From Candidatus Latescibacterota bacterium (GTDB taxonomy: Bacteria; Latescibacterota; UBA2968; GCA-2709665): DNA of 64,000 nt. Below the pieces are notes generated by a model. It worked only from the letters and a program-made list of their open reading frames with translations, was not told the DNA's origin and searched no databases. Position 1 is the stretch's first letter; every line of letters starts with the position of its first letter. The translations under genes were made by a program, and so were the position numbers. Positions 39,831 through 48,771 of the stretch are shown here, piece after piece. The DNA lies in contig CAXXXF010000015.1 of assembly GCA_963667175.2 (NCBI GenBank), positions 1-64,000 of the forward strand. The letters are read 5' to 3'.

Positions 39831-40829
39831 ATGGTCGATGCAGCCCTGCTTCTGGTCATTGTTGTCGCTGTAGTCGTCGCGCTGTTCCTATTCTTCTATT
39901 TCATACCGGTCGGGCTCTGGATCTCGGCCCTTGCGGCCCGCGTCCGAATCGGCATCGGGGAACTGGTGGGGATGCGCCTGCGGCGCGTTCCCCCGCGAAT
40001 CATCCTGGGGTCGCAGATCAGCGCCACCAAGGCGGGTCTGGCGATTCCGACCTCCTTCCTGGAAGCGCATTACCTGGCGGGAGGACACGTGGAGAACGTG
40101 GTAACGGCCCTTATTGCGGCTGACAAAGCCGGGATCAATCTCACCACGGAGCGGGCCGCGGCCATCGACCTGGCAGGCCGAAACGTGCTGGAGGCCGTCC
40201 AGGTCAGCGTCAATCCCAAAGTGATTTCCACGCCCATGGTCACGGCCGTGGCGAAGGACGGTATCCAGGTCAAGGCCACGTCACGGGTGACGGTGCGCGC
40301 CAACATCGACCGGCTTGTGGGCGGGGCCGGCGAAGAAACGATCGTCGCGCGCGTTGGCGAAGGGATCGTGACGACGATCGGATCCTCGGAAACGCACAAG
40401 GCCGTTTTGGAGAACCCGGATCTGATTTCGAAAACCGTGCTGGGGAAGGGGCTGGATTCGGGCACGGCGTACGAGATCCTGTCGATCGATATTGCGGACG
40501 TGGACGTGGGTGACAATATCGGGGCGAAACTTCAGACGGACCAGGCCGAGGCCGACCTCAAGATTGCGCGGGCCAAAGCGGAGGAACGGCGGGCGATGGC
40601 GGTCGCCCACGAGCAGGAGATGAGCGCGAGGGTCGTCGAGATGCGGGCGCGCGTCGTGGAGGCCGAGGCCGAGGTGCCGCGCGCAATGGCCGAAGCGTTC
40701 CGCAGCGGCCATCTGGGCGTGATGGACTATTACCGCATGCAGAATATCCAGGCCGATACCTCGATGCGCGAGGGGATCGCCGACACCCAGGAGGGCGCGG
40801 AGGACGATACGGACAGGAGCGAATCGTAA
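39831..40829 (+). CDS. floA: Flotillin-like protein FloA (YqfA)
   Basis: [43 protein letters not shown]. Confidence 0.95.
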   Translation: MVDAALLLVIVVAVVVALFLFFYFIPVGLWISALAARVRIGIGELVGMRLRRVPPRIILGSQISATKAGLAIPTSFLEAHYLAGGHVENVVTALIAADKAGINLTTERAAAIDLAGRNVLEAVQVSVNPKVISTPMVTAVAKDGIQVKATSRVTVRANIDRLVGGAGEETIVARVGEGIVTTIGSSETHKAVLENPDLISKTVLGKGLDSGTAYEILSIDIADVDVGDNIGAKLQTDQAEADLKIARAKAEERRAMAVAHEQEMSARVVEMRARVVEAEAEVPRAMAEAFRSGHLGVMDYYRMQNIQADTSMREGIADTQEGAEDDTDRSES

Positions 40830-40832
40830 GCC

Positions 40833-41471
40833 ATGAGTTTCGAGTTCACCATCATCCTGCTGATCGTGACAGGCTTGATTTCCTCTCTGGTCAACAAGTT
40901 CTTTGAATCCCGGCGGCGTCGGGAACTGGAGGATGAGGATCCGGATCTGCCCCCGTTGGGCGGGCCGGTCGTCGACCCTTCCGAGGATGACGTCTTTCCC
41001 GAACCGCAAACCTTTGGACAGCCGCCCGCGGGGCGGGAGTTCAGAGAGGTCAGGGGCACGAGGCCGGTAAGCGAAGCGCCCACGGGAGAGGAATTTCGGG
41101 AGATTCGGGGCGCTCGCCCCGTGGACGAGCCTCGGGGTGGAATCGAGTTTCGGGAAGTCAGGGGCGCGCGGCCGGTGAGTGAGGAGTACGACGGGGTCGA
41201 ATTCAGGGAGGTGGAATTCGACCGCCCCGACGATGGCCGCCCCGGCGGAGCCAATATCGGAGGCCCGCCGGCTGAACGGCCTCGCGATGGGTCTGAAACC
41301 GCGGCGGAAGCCCCGGCGGACGACTTGCTGGAGGACCTGCCGCTGGTTTTGGCGCCTCGCCGTCGAGCCCGCCGTCGCAGGATCCGGCTCGATTTTAAAC
41401 CGCAAACGGTCCGCAAGGCGATCGTCTACCACGAAATTCTCGGGCCTCCCGTGGCGGATCGACGGCCGTAG
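40833..41471 (+). CDS. YqfB-like membrane-anchored protein with internal repeats
   Basis: N-terminal TM; C-terminal RKAIVYHEILGPP; position after floA. Confidence 0.75.
   Translation: MSFEFTIILLIVTGLISSLVNKFFESRRRRELEDEDPDLPPLGGPVVDPSEDDVFPEPQTFGQPPAGREFREVRGTRPVSEAPTGEEFREIRGARPVDEPRGGIEFREVRGARPVSEEYDGVEFREVEFDRPDDGRPGGANIGGPPAERPRDGSETAAEAPADDLLEDLPLVLAPRRRARRRRIRLDFKPQTVRKAIVYHEILGPPVADRRP
41037..41216 (+). repeat. Degenerate 54-bp (18 aa) coding repeat
   Basis: EFRE(V/I)RG.RPV.E units starting at 41037, 41091, 41145 and 41199. Confidence 0.85.
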
Positions 41472-41564
41472 CGTCATTTGCCTGGCAAGACGTGACGGGC
41501 AGGAGGTACGCTCGCTTTTACTGGCGTCAGTATGGCCGATGAGGCACCTGTTACGTAAGCCGCT

Positions 41565-41583
41565 CCCTGAGCTTGTCGAAGGG
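41565..41583. repeat. Short REP-like palindrome
   Basis: CCCTGAGCTTGTCGAAGGG, intergenic. Confidence 0.5.
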
Positions 41584-41742
41584 TCGGCGACGGCTGATGC
41601 GGTGGGGGTAGCGAACCCTGGCGTACCCTCTCAATCGCGTTCGCCCGGCCTGTCATCCTGAGGAAAGCCCCGTCTGCCGTGCCCGGACAGCTTGTATGTC
41701 GGGCGGAATTTAAACAACGCTATCTGTAGAGGAATAGGTTGT

Positions 41743-42024
41743 ATGCGCTGGCCCGAGATATGCAAAGACCGTCCCGATAAGTGGCTGATTGTTGAGGCAT
41801 TAGAAGCCCATACAACCTCTGATTGTCGGCGGCATCTGAATCGTCTGACAGTGGTTGAAGAATGCCCGGATGGCAAAACAGCTATGAAACGGAATCAGAC
41901 CCTTCACCATCAATATCCCGAACGGGAATATTATTATCTCCATACCAGTCGTGATTCACTTGATATTCAAGTAAGACAATCGTCGGGTATTCGTGCGCTG
42001 TATGCAACTGGTACGCAGGTATGA
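41743..42024 (+). CDS. Small hypothetical protein (partner upstream of an aspartyl protease gene)
   Basis: MRWPEI...PDKWLIVEALEAH...YYYLHT; AGGA RBS; AT-richer than host. Confidence 0.75.
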   Translation: MRWPEICKDRPDKWLIVEALEAHTTSDCRRHLNRLTVVEECPDGKTAMKRNQTLHHQYPEREYYYLHTSRDSLDIQVRQSSGIRALYATGTQV

Positions 42025-42163
42025 TCTGCCATTTACATCGGTGTCTATTGACTATCGGGGATCAACTATTGAGATCCCTCAAGTCCTGGTCGATACCGGA
42101 TCAGCCAGCACGGTAATATCCTCCGATCCTGACGGGCGGCACGCATTTCGACGAGTTCGATGA
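42002..42163 (+). pseudogene. Truncated retropepsin-like (clan AA) aspartyl protease
   Basis: Manual translation MQLVRRYDLPFTSVSIDYRGSTIEIPQVLVDTGSASTVISSD..., stop after 53 aa. Confidence 0.75.
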
Positions 42164-42271
42164 ACGCGGTCCGACGGACTGAAAAATCCCCCTTGAACGG
42201 GAGCGAACGCCTGTTTCCTCTTGACAGTTTAAGTGCCGATTGGGATATTTGTCGCCCCATGAATCAATGAC

Positions 42272-42358
<87 letters not shown>

Positions 42359-42368
42359 GAACCAAAGA

Positions 42369-42394
42369 AAGGCACCTGCGAAAGCGGGTGCCTT
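42369..42394 (+). terminator. Hairpin terminator after tRNA-Leu
   Basis: AAGGCACCTGC-GAAA-GCGGGTGCCTT. Confidence 0.75.
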
Positions 42395-42548
42395 GTTCTT
42401 CTCCAATAAGAATTATGACTAAGTGTAACTCAATCTCAACCGAATTCGGCTATGCGCCTTGCCACGTTGCTTCCATTAGCTCAAATGTCCCAAAAACTAC
42501 GTTAACGATATCCGATCTGTCACTAATATTCGAAGGAGTAATAACAAA

Positions 42549-43649
42549 ATGGCAAAACACACAGTCTATATTGATGAAAGTGGGAATACTGGTGCCAATT
42601 TCCTGGATGAAACTCAGCCCATTCTTGTTTTACTTGGAGTGGGAATTCCCCACGAATCAATGTCAGATATCCTATTGAGACTTGATGAGGCAAAAAGGAA
42701 GTTCGGCTATTCTGTAGATCATCCGTTACACGCGAGGAATATCGCCCAGCGAACCAGAGAGCGTCTTTGCCAGAAAGTATTGAATTTGTTGATGGAGTAC
42801 GAATTCAACCTGTTTGTGTCCGTTTCAGAAAAGGAATATGTCTTGGCTACGATAATCTATGATTATTTTTTTGATCCGGCGTACAATGATCATTGCGATG
42901 TGACATGGACCCACCCATCACACATGAAACCTGAACGAGCTGATTTTATATACAATTGTCTTTCTGACGATGCCTGGCGAGTCTGTGGTCAAGCGTTTCG
43001 AAATGGCGACAAGATGCAACAGGCGTACGAGTTGGTTCTTAATGACATCAAGAACAAGACTTGCGATATTGACCTTTACCCAATCCTTCAAGGAGCGAAA
43101 GCCCATATCGACGAATTGGCAACGGCGTTTGCGTCTTCCTCTAAAGCTGATCCTAGCGGCCGTTTGCCGACTGGTGTCCGCAATTCTCCCAATATTCTCG
43201 GATTTTGTGGACTTACGAACAAGATTGAACAGTACTACGGTAAACTCGGACAGGAAGTAACAATTATGTTTGATCATTCAAGACAGTATACGGTTGCATT
43301 CCTTGATATGTTCTCGCGGTTACGGGACGCCAAGAACGCCAAACTGAAGATGAAGGGAACGCTGCCATTACAATTGGGATATAATGCACTAAAGCGATTT
43401 GATGCAGACAAATCCAAGAAAAATAGCTTCTTGCAGTTGTCCGATTTGGTGGCTACATCAGTGATGGACTGCCTATTAAAAGCACACAAGGGTGTTTCCC
43501 TGTCTGTAGATGAGGCATGTCTGTTATACCTAATTGTGGATTACTGGGGAAAATTCGAGGAGACCTTCTGCGATTTTTCGGTCTCTACGCGTTTTCTGAG
43601 ACAGGTCGGAGACGCAATTGGGTCTGCCTCAGATGTGACGACGAGATAG
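42549..43649 (+). CDS. DUF3800 domain protein (RNase H-like fold)
   Basis: YIDESGNTG N-terminal motif, IMFD, LQLSDLVA; AAGGAG RBS. Confidence 0.85.
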   Translation: MAKHTVYIDESGNTGANFLDETQPILVLLGVGIPHESMSDILLRLDEAKRKFGYSVDHPLHARNIAQRTRERLCQKVLNLLMEYEFNLFVSVSEKEYVLATIIYDYFFDPAYNDHCDVTWTHPSHMKPERADFIYNCLSDDAWRVCGQAFRNGDKMQQAYELVLNDIKNKTCDIDLYPILQGAKAHIDELATAFASSSKADPSGRLPTGVRNSPNILGFCGLTNKIEQYYGKLGQEVTIMFDHSRQYTVAFLDMFSRLRDAKNAKLKMKGTLPLQLGYNALKRFDADKSKKNSFLQLSDLVATSVMDCLLKAHKGVSLSVDEACLLYLIVDYWGKFEETFCDFSVSTRFLRQVGDAIGSASDVTTR

Positions 43650-43752
43650 CATACGAACAGAATCTTTGACGTTGAAGTGTCCTTCGTTTTGTGTGCTTGT
43701 ACCCACGTGTTTTATTAACCTTTCCTCACAGATAATTGTTAAGGGTATTGAA

Positions 43753-44217
43753 ATGAGTGATCTTGAAGAATTCCCAGGCATTAAGTACGCATATCCATTA
43801 GCGGTGGAGAGCTATACAATAATGCAACAGCGATTTGATGCCGTTAATGGGTTGCTGCAACAATCTCTAACAACCATAATATCCTTAAATCTAGGTGTTG
43901 TGGCATTGTTACGAATTTTCCCAGATAAGGAAGCCACTTGCCTCTTTATGATTGCTGTTGGTCTTGGTTGTGCTGCGGCGATAACAGCAATTGCTGGAAG
44001 ATTATGGTTAAGGATTTCTGCACTTGATCCAAAACTTGTGTGGGAACATGCATTGAGGAAGGATGAATTCGAATTTAAGAAAGACCTGATTTTTGGTGCC
44101 GGGGAATCATTTGCGAAAAATAGACGGCGAGTAGCACAGAAACAAGGGTGTTCGGCTATTGCCCTAATTCTTATGTTTGTGGAGGTTGTGATTATTGGCG
44201 TTTGGATGATTCAGTAG
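43753..44217 (+). CDS. Hypothetical 3-TM membrane protein
   Basis: Three hydrophobic segments; N......K motif before the last TM. Confidence 0.75.
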   Translation: MSDLEEFPGIKYAYPLAVESYTIMQQRFDAVNGLLQQSLTTIISLNLGVVALLRIFPDKEATCLFMIAVGLGCAAAITAIAGRLWLRISALDPKLVWEHALRKDEFEFKKDLIFGAGESFAKNRRRVAQKQGCSAIALILMFVEVVIIGVWMIQ

Positions 44218-44374
44218 CCTCTTCCCTATTAATAGGCTCAATTATGGTTGTCGTGTCGTAGTTCTTATCATCATAGGTTTCTGTATGAATTGGTGGCGTT
44301 ACTGGTGGTTCCGGAGTTGTTTGGGCCTGCTGGTCGGTTGAACTGTCCTTAGGGTCATTTCCGTTTTTGGGCAT
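44192..44374 (-). CDS. Small acidic Pro/Thr-rich peptide (60 aa)
   Basis: AAGGAG RBS before ATG 44374; MPKNGNDPKDSST...PEPPVTPP. Confidence 0.5.
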   Translation of the reverse strand: MPKNGNDPKDSSTDQQAQTTPEPPVTPPIHTETYDDKNYDTTTIIEPINREEATESSKRQ

Positions 44375-44594
44375 TTTATGCTCCTTTCGTCCTTGAAGAG
44401 TATTATGGTTAGTGTCGGAAGAATTCAACCCTCTGAGAGGAGTCGTGCGAGATATCGACAGCGTTGTCACCTAACCTATCTTCGGGTAAGGTCCGGCTAA
44501 TCACGGAACGGATTTTTGAAGGCGCGTGCAAGGTTGTCCATTGTAGGGCCATTGGGTGTGGTTTTCTATACGTCAATCGGTTAGTTCCGGTTCG

Positions 44595-46073
44595 CTACGT
44601 TTGTGTCAGGACGGCTTCCATAATATCCTTAGCAGTGCGCGGGGATGGCGAGACCGCTACCAAAGTCCGGAAGACCCTACGGTATATCGCAGCTTCGTCG
44701 GTGGAAATACTACTCAACGGCGTGCAGCTTTGTCCAGCTTGAAAGTTCTCCAACTTCCTCCCAACGGCTTCGAGTTGTTCGAAGGTGATTTCCAAACGGC
44801 CATTCATTGAGAGCATCTGGTTTCGGAGTTCGGCGAATTGGCTCAATGAACTTACTACCAATGCGCTGGCATCTTCAGGAGCCAGATATCCAGATACGGC
44901 CAATTCATATGTCTCCTCCAATTGACACAGCACGGAATAAAGCTTGCGGTTATTGTTCCGTGTCGTGGATGCCTTTCGACATCGTGCAGATGTTCTGCGA
45001 AAGACGGCACCAAGATGGTTTTCGAGATTTCTGATGTGGGGACCGGGTTCGAAGTAATCGCGACGCCCATTTGGCACGATGCGAGAATCTAGAACGTGTA
45101 TTTCCCCAATGCACCAACGGTTAAACCGCTCCTCGGGAAAAAGGTGTTCAAATGCGGACTCATCGCCGACCTGTATATTTCCCACACGCGCTCGGATTCC
45201 TCTGATTCCTGTTTCCTTCGGTATTGCTCCTAGGTATGAGGAATGCCCGATCCATCCTATTGCGGCAATTCCGTTCCCATCGGCAGACGGGATATAGATC
45301 TCTTCGAAATCGGTAAAGGTGTCCTCTCGCTCTTTTGACAACCGGATCGTGTCACCATATCGTCGTGTTATGGATGATTCTTCATCGTCCAGCACAATAT
45401 CAAGCGTTAATGGCGATGTGTCTTGTTCAAACAGAGTGATGACTCTTGAAGCATATGGAAACTTGGTCGAAATCGGAACGGGACAAATGTCTGCGATGTA
45501 ATCTCGAACAGCGACACGGTTTAGAATTCTCGACGCGGCATGCCGTCCTACGCCGCAAATCCTAACTTCGAAAAAGTTAGCAGGATAATCAGACCCTGGA
45601 AGAGTTTCAATTTCGACGCACTCGTGAATCACACGATCGTTTTCGCAGTGTTGACGTACTCGTTCTCGAAGCTTTGTACCATCCCAGACAACGCGGGTAA
45701 CGGGGTCACCGTGCCGAGTACGCGTAAAAAATGAAACAGAGTCAGCAAACGCGAGACCGGATAGACGTCCGATACCGCGAAAGCCCCTGTCTGTCCCTTG
45801 TCGCTTCTGGCTACGAGCGACCGGAAGTAACGCTCGGACCGCCGCTTCTTTAGATAGACCCGGACCATTGTCGGTAATACTGACGCTCGAGCTCGACGGG
45901 TCGATCTTGATTCTTACCTGACCTAGAGAGCCATTGCCCACCGTCGAGAGTGCATCCGCTGCGTTCTGGATGTATTCGCGGTAAACGGCAAGCGGATTAT
46001 CGTACATCCCAGAAGTAATGAGACCCCAAATATCGCCGCCGATAAATGGTGCAAATCCTTCTTTATCTTTCAT
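44595..46073 (-). CDS. GHKL (MORC/Hsp90/MutL-like) ATPase
   Basis: YREYIQNAAD, DNGPG and GFRGIG Bergerat-fold motifs; S5-like region GEIHV...PNGRRDYF; C-terminal coiled coil. Confidence 0.88.
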   Translation of the reverse strand: MKDKEGFAPFIGGDIWGLITSGMYDNPLAVYREYIQNAADALSTVGNGSLGQVRIKIDPSSSSVSITDNGPGLSKEAAVRALLPVARSQKRQGTDRGFRGIGRLSGLAFADSVSFFTRTRHGDPVTRVVWDGTKLRERVRQHCENDRVIHECVEIETLPGSDYPANFFEVRICGVGRHAASRILNRVAVRDYIADICPVPISTKFPYASRVITLFEQDTSPLTLDIVLDDEESSITRRYGDTIRLSKEREDTFTDFEEIYIPSADGNGIAAIGWIGHSSYLGAIPKETGIRGIRARVGNIQVGDESAFEHLFPEERFNRWCIGEIHVLDSRIVPNGRRDYFEPGPHIRNLENHLGAVFRRTSARCRKASTTRNNNRKLYSVLCQLEETYELAVSGYLAPEDASALVVSSLSQFAELRNQMLSMNGRLEITFEQLEAVGRKLENFQAGQSCTPLSSISTDEAAIYRRVFRTLVAVSPSPRTAKDIMEAVLTQT

Positions 46074-46095
46074 TTCTCTTTCCACAATGTGAGAC

Positions 46096-47739
46096 TTAGT
46101 TTGTGAGCTTAGATGATCCCTTACTTTCTCTACGTAGCGAGTACTCGTGGTCGAAGAGCCCCGCATCCTCGACGACCTCATCTTCTTTAGGCATTGCAAA
46201 TCTTGTGCCGGATTCGGGAAACAAATCTAACGCTTGACTGTGTCTGACATCCGGCTTGTCTTTTGTGTCCAGCAGGTGAAACTGCATGACTTCTCGAATA
46301 AGCCTGTCCACGCTTCTGTCGTTCCCAAGCATTCGATAATGTTCTCGTCGTAAACCCGTCCCTTGTGCTGGCTCCGAAAGATGATTAATCAGTTCTCGGT
46401 TTTGACTCTCTGATAATCGCTTACGTAGCGACATATACTCATCGAGTTCTGCTCGACCGTCGCCATTTTCGTAGTGGTCACGATAGAAGATAAACGCATG
46501 TGGAAGGCTCAGCAGCCTTTCAAATGCCCCCTCGTCCTCCCCATAAGCCCGTACAAAGAAGGAAGGGTTGCCACTAACTATTCCGTGAGTCGCTTGAAGC
46601 ATAATCTGGAATGAACGAAGATAGTACCTGTACCAGTTTTTCCCTACATGTGAACGATCCTTCAACGTGACTGGTTGATACCGCATTGGGAATGACCAGA
46701 TTCGAACCCCCAACTCCTCGTTCAGTGCTATGTTCAGACGCATACGTTTATACAAGTCTCGGGGGGTATCCATGAAGTTGTAGAGCATGTAATTGGACAA
46801 CGAGGTAATTCCGTTTTCTGCCGCCATTCGGACCGCGATTTCATATACCTTGCGGACGCCCATATGGTCGAACGCGATGCGAAGAGGACTGATACATATT
46901 GTCGCCATCTCCCGCAGAAACATTGGCGACTTTGCCAGTATTCGAGCATCAACACCTTGGTTGAAATCGACACGGCGATTGACTGGGCGTTGACCATCTC
47001 GGTGAAGTTTTGCGCCAGGCTTGAAACCAAGGTCACGGATTTCAGCGATCACTTCCTTGTAACGCCACGAAGCGGTGATGTTGTTGTCCATCAATACAAG
47101 GTCTTTTTTCGGTCCATACATGGTTTCAACACCATCAACGAGTTTCGCAAGTGGTGGCATTTCTTTTTGTCCACCCTCAAGTTTGGGGACTCCACAGAAG
47201 GCGCACTTCCGCACGCAGCCCCGCGAGGCGTACCCAAAATAAGCGTCACGCACCGGATAGCGGTAATCGATATGTTCGAGGATGCTGTAGTCCGGGACCA
47301 ATTCCTCTATCGGCGTACTTCGCAGGTCATCCGCGCCAAAGTCGCCATCGTCTTCAGACAACGCGAGCGCTGCAGCTGGAGGTCCGCCCAGTAATCCTTT
47401 GATAAATCGAACACCTGCCCAACGCGGTTCGTTCACGAACTCGTCGTACATTAAGGAGGCCGCAATTCCTCCTACGAACACACGCTCGGGTTGGTTGCCG
47501 GCTGCTTGAATGGCAAAATCAATCGCTGCCGCTGTACGTTTCCACTCGAAACTAAAAAGCGTTGTTACATAAACTCGGTCCCACGGTTCAAGCAAGACAT
47601 CGTTCGCTTTACCCTTGATAAAACGCACCCTGTCACCACGCCCCTGGTGGCCGTGGTAGGATGCCAGCTTCATCAAACCGAGGGGTGGGTACTTGTTAGG
47701 ATAACCTGGTTCGATTAGTAGCACGTTTTTTCGAGTCAT
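46096..47739 (-). CDS. Radical SAM protein with N-terminal cobalamin-binding-like domain
   Basis: RGCVRKCAFC (CX3CX2C); N-terminal YPPLGLMKLA...VFVGG; MDNN, DFNQG. Confidence 0.9.
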   Translation of the reverse strand: MTRKNVLLIEPGYPNKYPPLGLMKLASYHGHQGRGDRVRFIKGKANDVLLEPWDRVYVTTLFSFEWKRTAAAIDFAIQAAGNQPERVFVGGIAASLMYDEFVNEPRWAGVRFIKGLLGGPPAAALALSEDDGDFGADDLRSTPIEELVPDYSILEHIDYRYPVRDAYFGYASRGCVRKCAFCGVPKLEGGQKEMPPLAKLVDGVETMYGPKKDLVLMDNNITASWRYKEVIAEIRDLGFKPGAKLHRDGQRPVNRRVDFNQGVDARILAKSPMFLREMATICISPLRIAFDHMGVRKVYEIAVRMAAENGITSLSNYMLYNFMDTPRDLYKRMRLNIALNEELGVRIWSFPMRYQPVTLKDRSHVGKNWYRYYLRSFQIMLQATHGIVSGNPSFFVRAYGEDEGAFERLLSLPHAFIFYRDHYENGDGRAELDEYMSLRKRLSESQNRELINHLSEPAQGTGLRREHYRMLGNDRSVDRLIREVMQFHLLDTKDKPDVRHSQALDLFPESGTRFAMPKEDEVVEDAGLFDHEYSLRRESKGSSKLTN

Positions 47740-48746
47740 TTTGTGCCAAATACCTCAATCATCTTGTTGATTCTTCTCATTTGTTGTGATAATCTGCGGA
47801 CGGCTTGTCTAAACGCGTTGAAATTACTCTGATCCAACTGTGAGACCTCCTTCCGAGACACATCATCCAGCAGTACCCAGGCTTGCCTTACATTTTCTTC
47901 CACCTTACTAATCTTTGCGAGTTGAAATCCTTCATCTAGTTCGATTTTTCCATCGGAAAACTTCTTCAGGACTTTTGGCTTTTTAAGAATCACAGGTAGT
48001 TTCTTCCTAAGGTCTTGTGCAGTGAACTTGTGTTCCTCGACCTCACTTTCCATGTTCTTTATCTTCCCAAAGAGAACTTCGGTGAGTTTGTCTGATTTCT
48101 CCATTTCCTTTAGAACTGACGTGTTACGTACCAAGACATCGTAGTAACTAAAATGGGACCGATCGTTATCCTCGTTGTGCTTCATCATTTCAACTACTTT
48201 GACCCTTGTACGTATTGTGACGCTAGATTCGCCAAACAATTCTGCGACTTTGTCGACACTCCATCCTTGATCTTTGCGCACGTAAGCAAAATTGGCCTTT
48301 TCATAAGCAGACCACTGTGTCTTTCCCTTTACGTGAATTTGATTCAAAAATGCTGCCTGCTGGTCGTCTGTTAGACCCGTTACTACGTTGCATTGAATCC
48401 GCTCCCAGTCCCCCGGCTCACCTTGTTGATGTAACTTTCGATAAACCGCCAATCTTGAATTGCCCTCAATTACCTCCATCGTGTCTCTTCGAATTAAGAT
48501 TGGCTCGATAAGGCCGCCGTGGCGCACAATCTCTGGAACCAGTTTCCTCACGCTCGGTTCCTCAAGCAATTTCTTATAGATCAGATCTTGTTTCTCTTCC
48601 TCGATTAACTGGGCGAAATCAGGTTCCGAGTGCATACAGGCATAAACTCTAGGATTATCCTTGAGAAATTTAAGTTTGTAGATGTCTTCATCGCCGTTAG
48701 CAAGATAGATGGATTCACCCAAAATTCTCATTTCGTTATTTGCCAT
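47736..48746 (-). CDS. ParB/Srx-like N-terminal domain protein (copy 2)
   Basis: NPR, GGLIEPILI, VIEGNSRL, H..G...WSAYEKA. Confidence 0.85.
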   Translation of the reverse strand: MANNEMRILGESIYLANGDEDIYKLKFLKDNPRVYACMHSEPDFAQLIEEEKQDLIYKKLLEEPSVRKLVPEIVRHGGLIEPILIRRDTMEVIEGNSRLAVYRKLHQQGEPGDWERIQCNVVTGLTDDQQAAFLNQIHVKGKTQWSAYEKANFAYVRKDQGWSVDKVAELFGESSVTIRTRVKVVEMMKHNEDNDRSHFSYYDVLVRNTSVLKEMEKSDKLTEVLFGKIKNMESEVEEHKFTAQDLRKKLPVILKKPKVLKKFSDGKIELDEGFQLAKISKVEENVRQAWVLLDDVSRKEVSQLDQSNFNAFRQAVRRLSQQMRRINKMIEVFGTK

Positions 48747-48771
48747 GTCGTGTCAACCCTTCCGATGGCGA

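Noticed and set aside
46096-47739. Prokaryotic viperin, or QueE of a Dpd system
   Set aside because: Much longer than either, has an extra N-terminal B12-like domain, and there are no neighbouring que/dpdA genes
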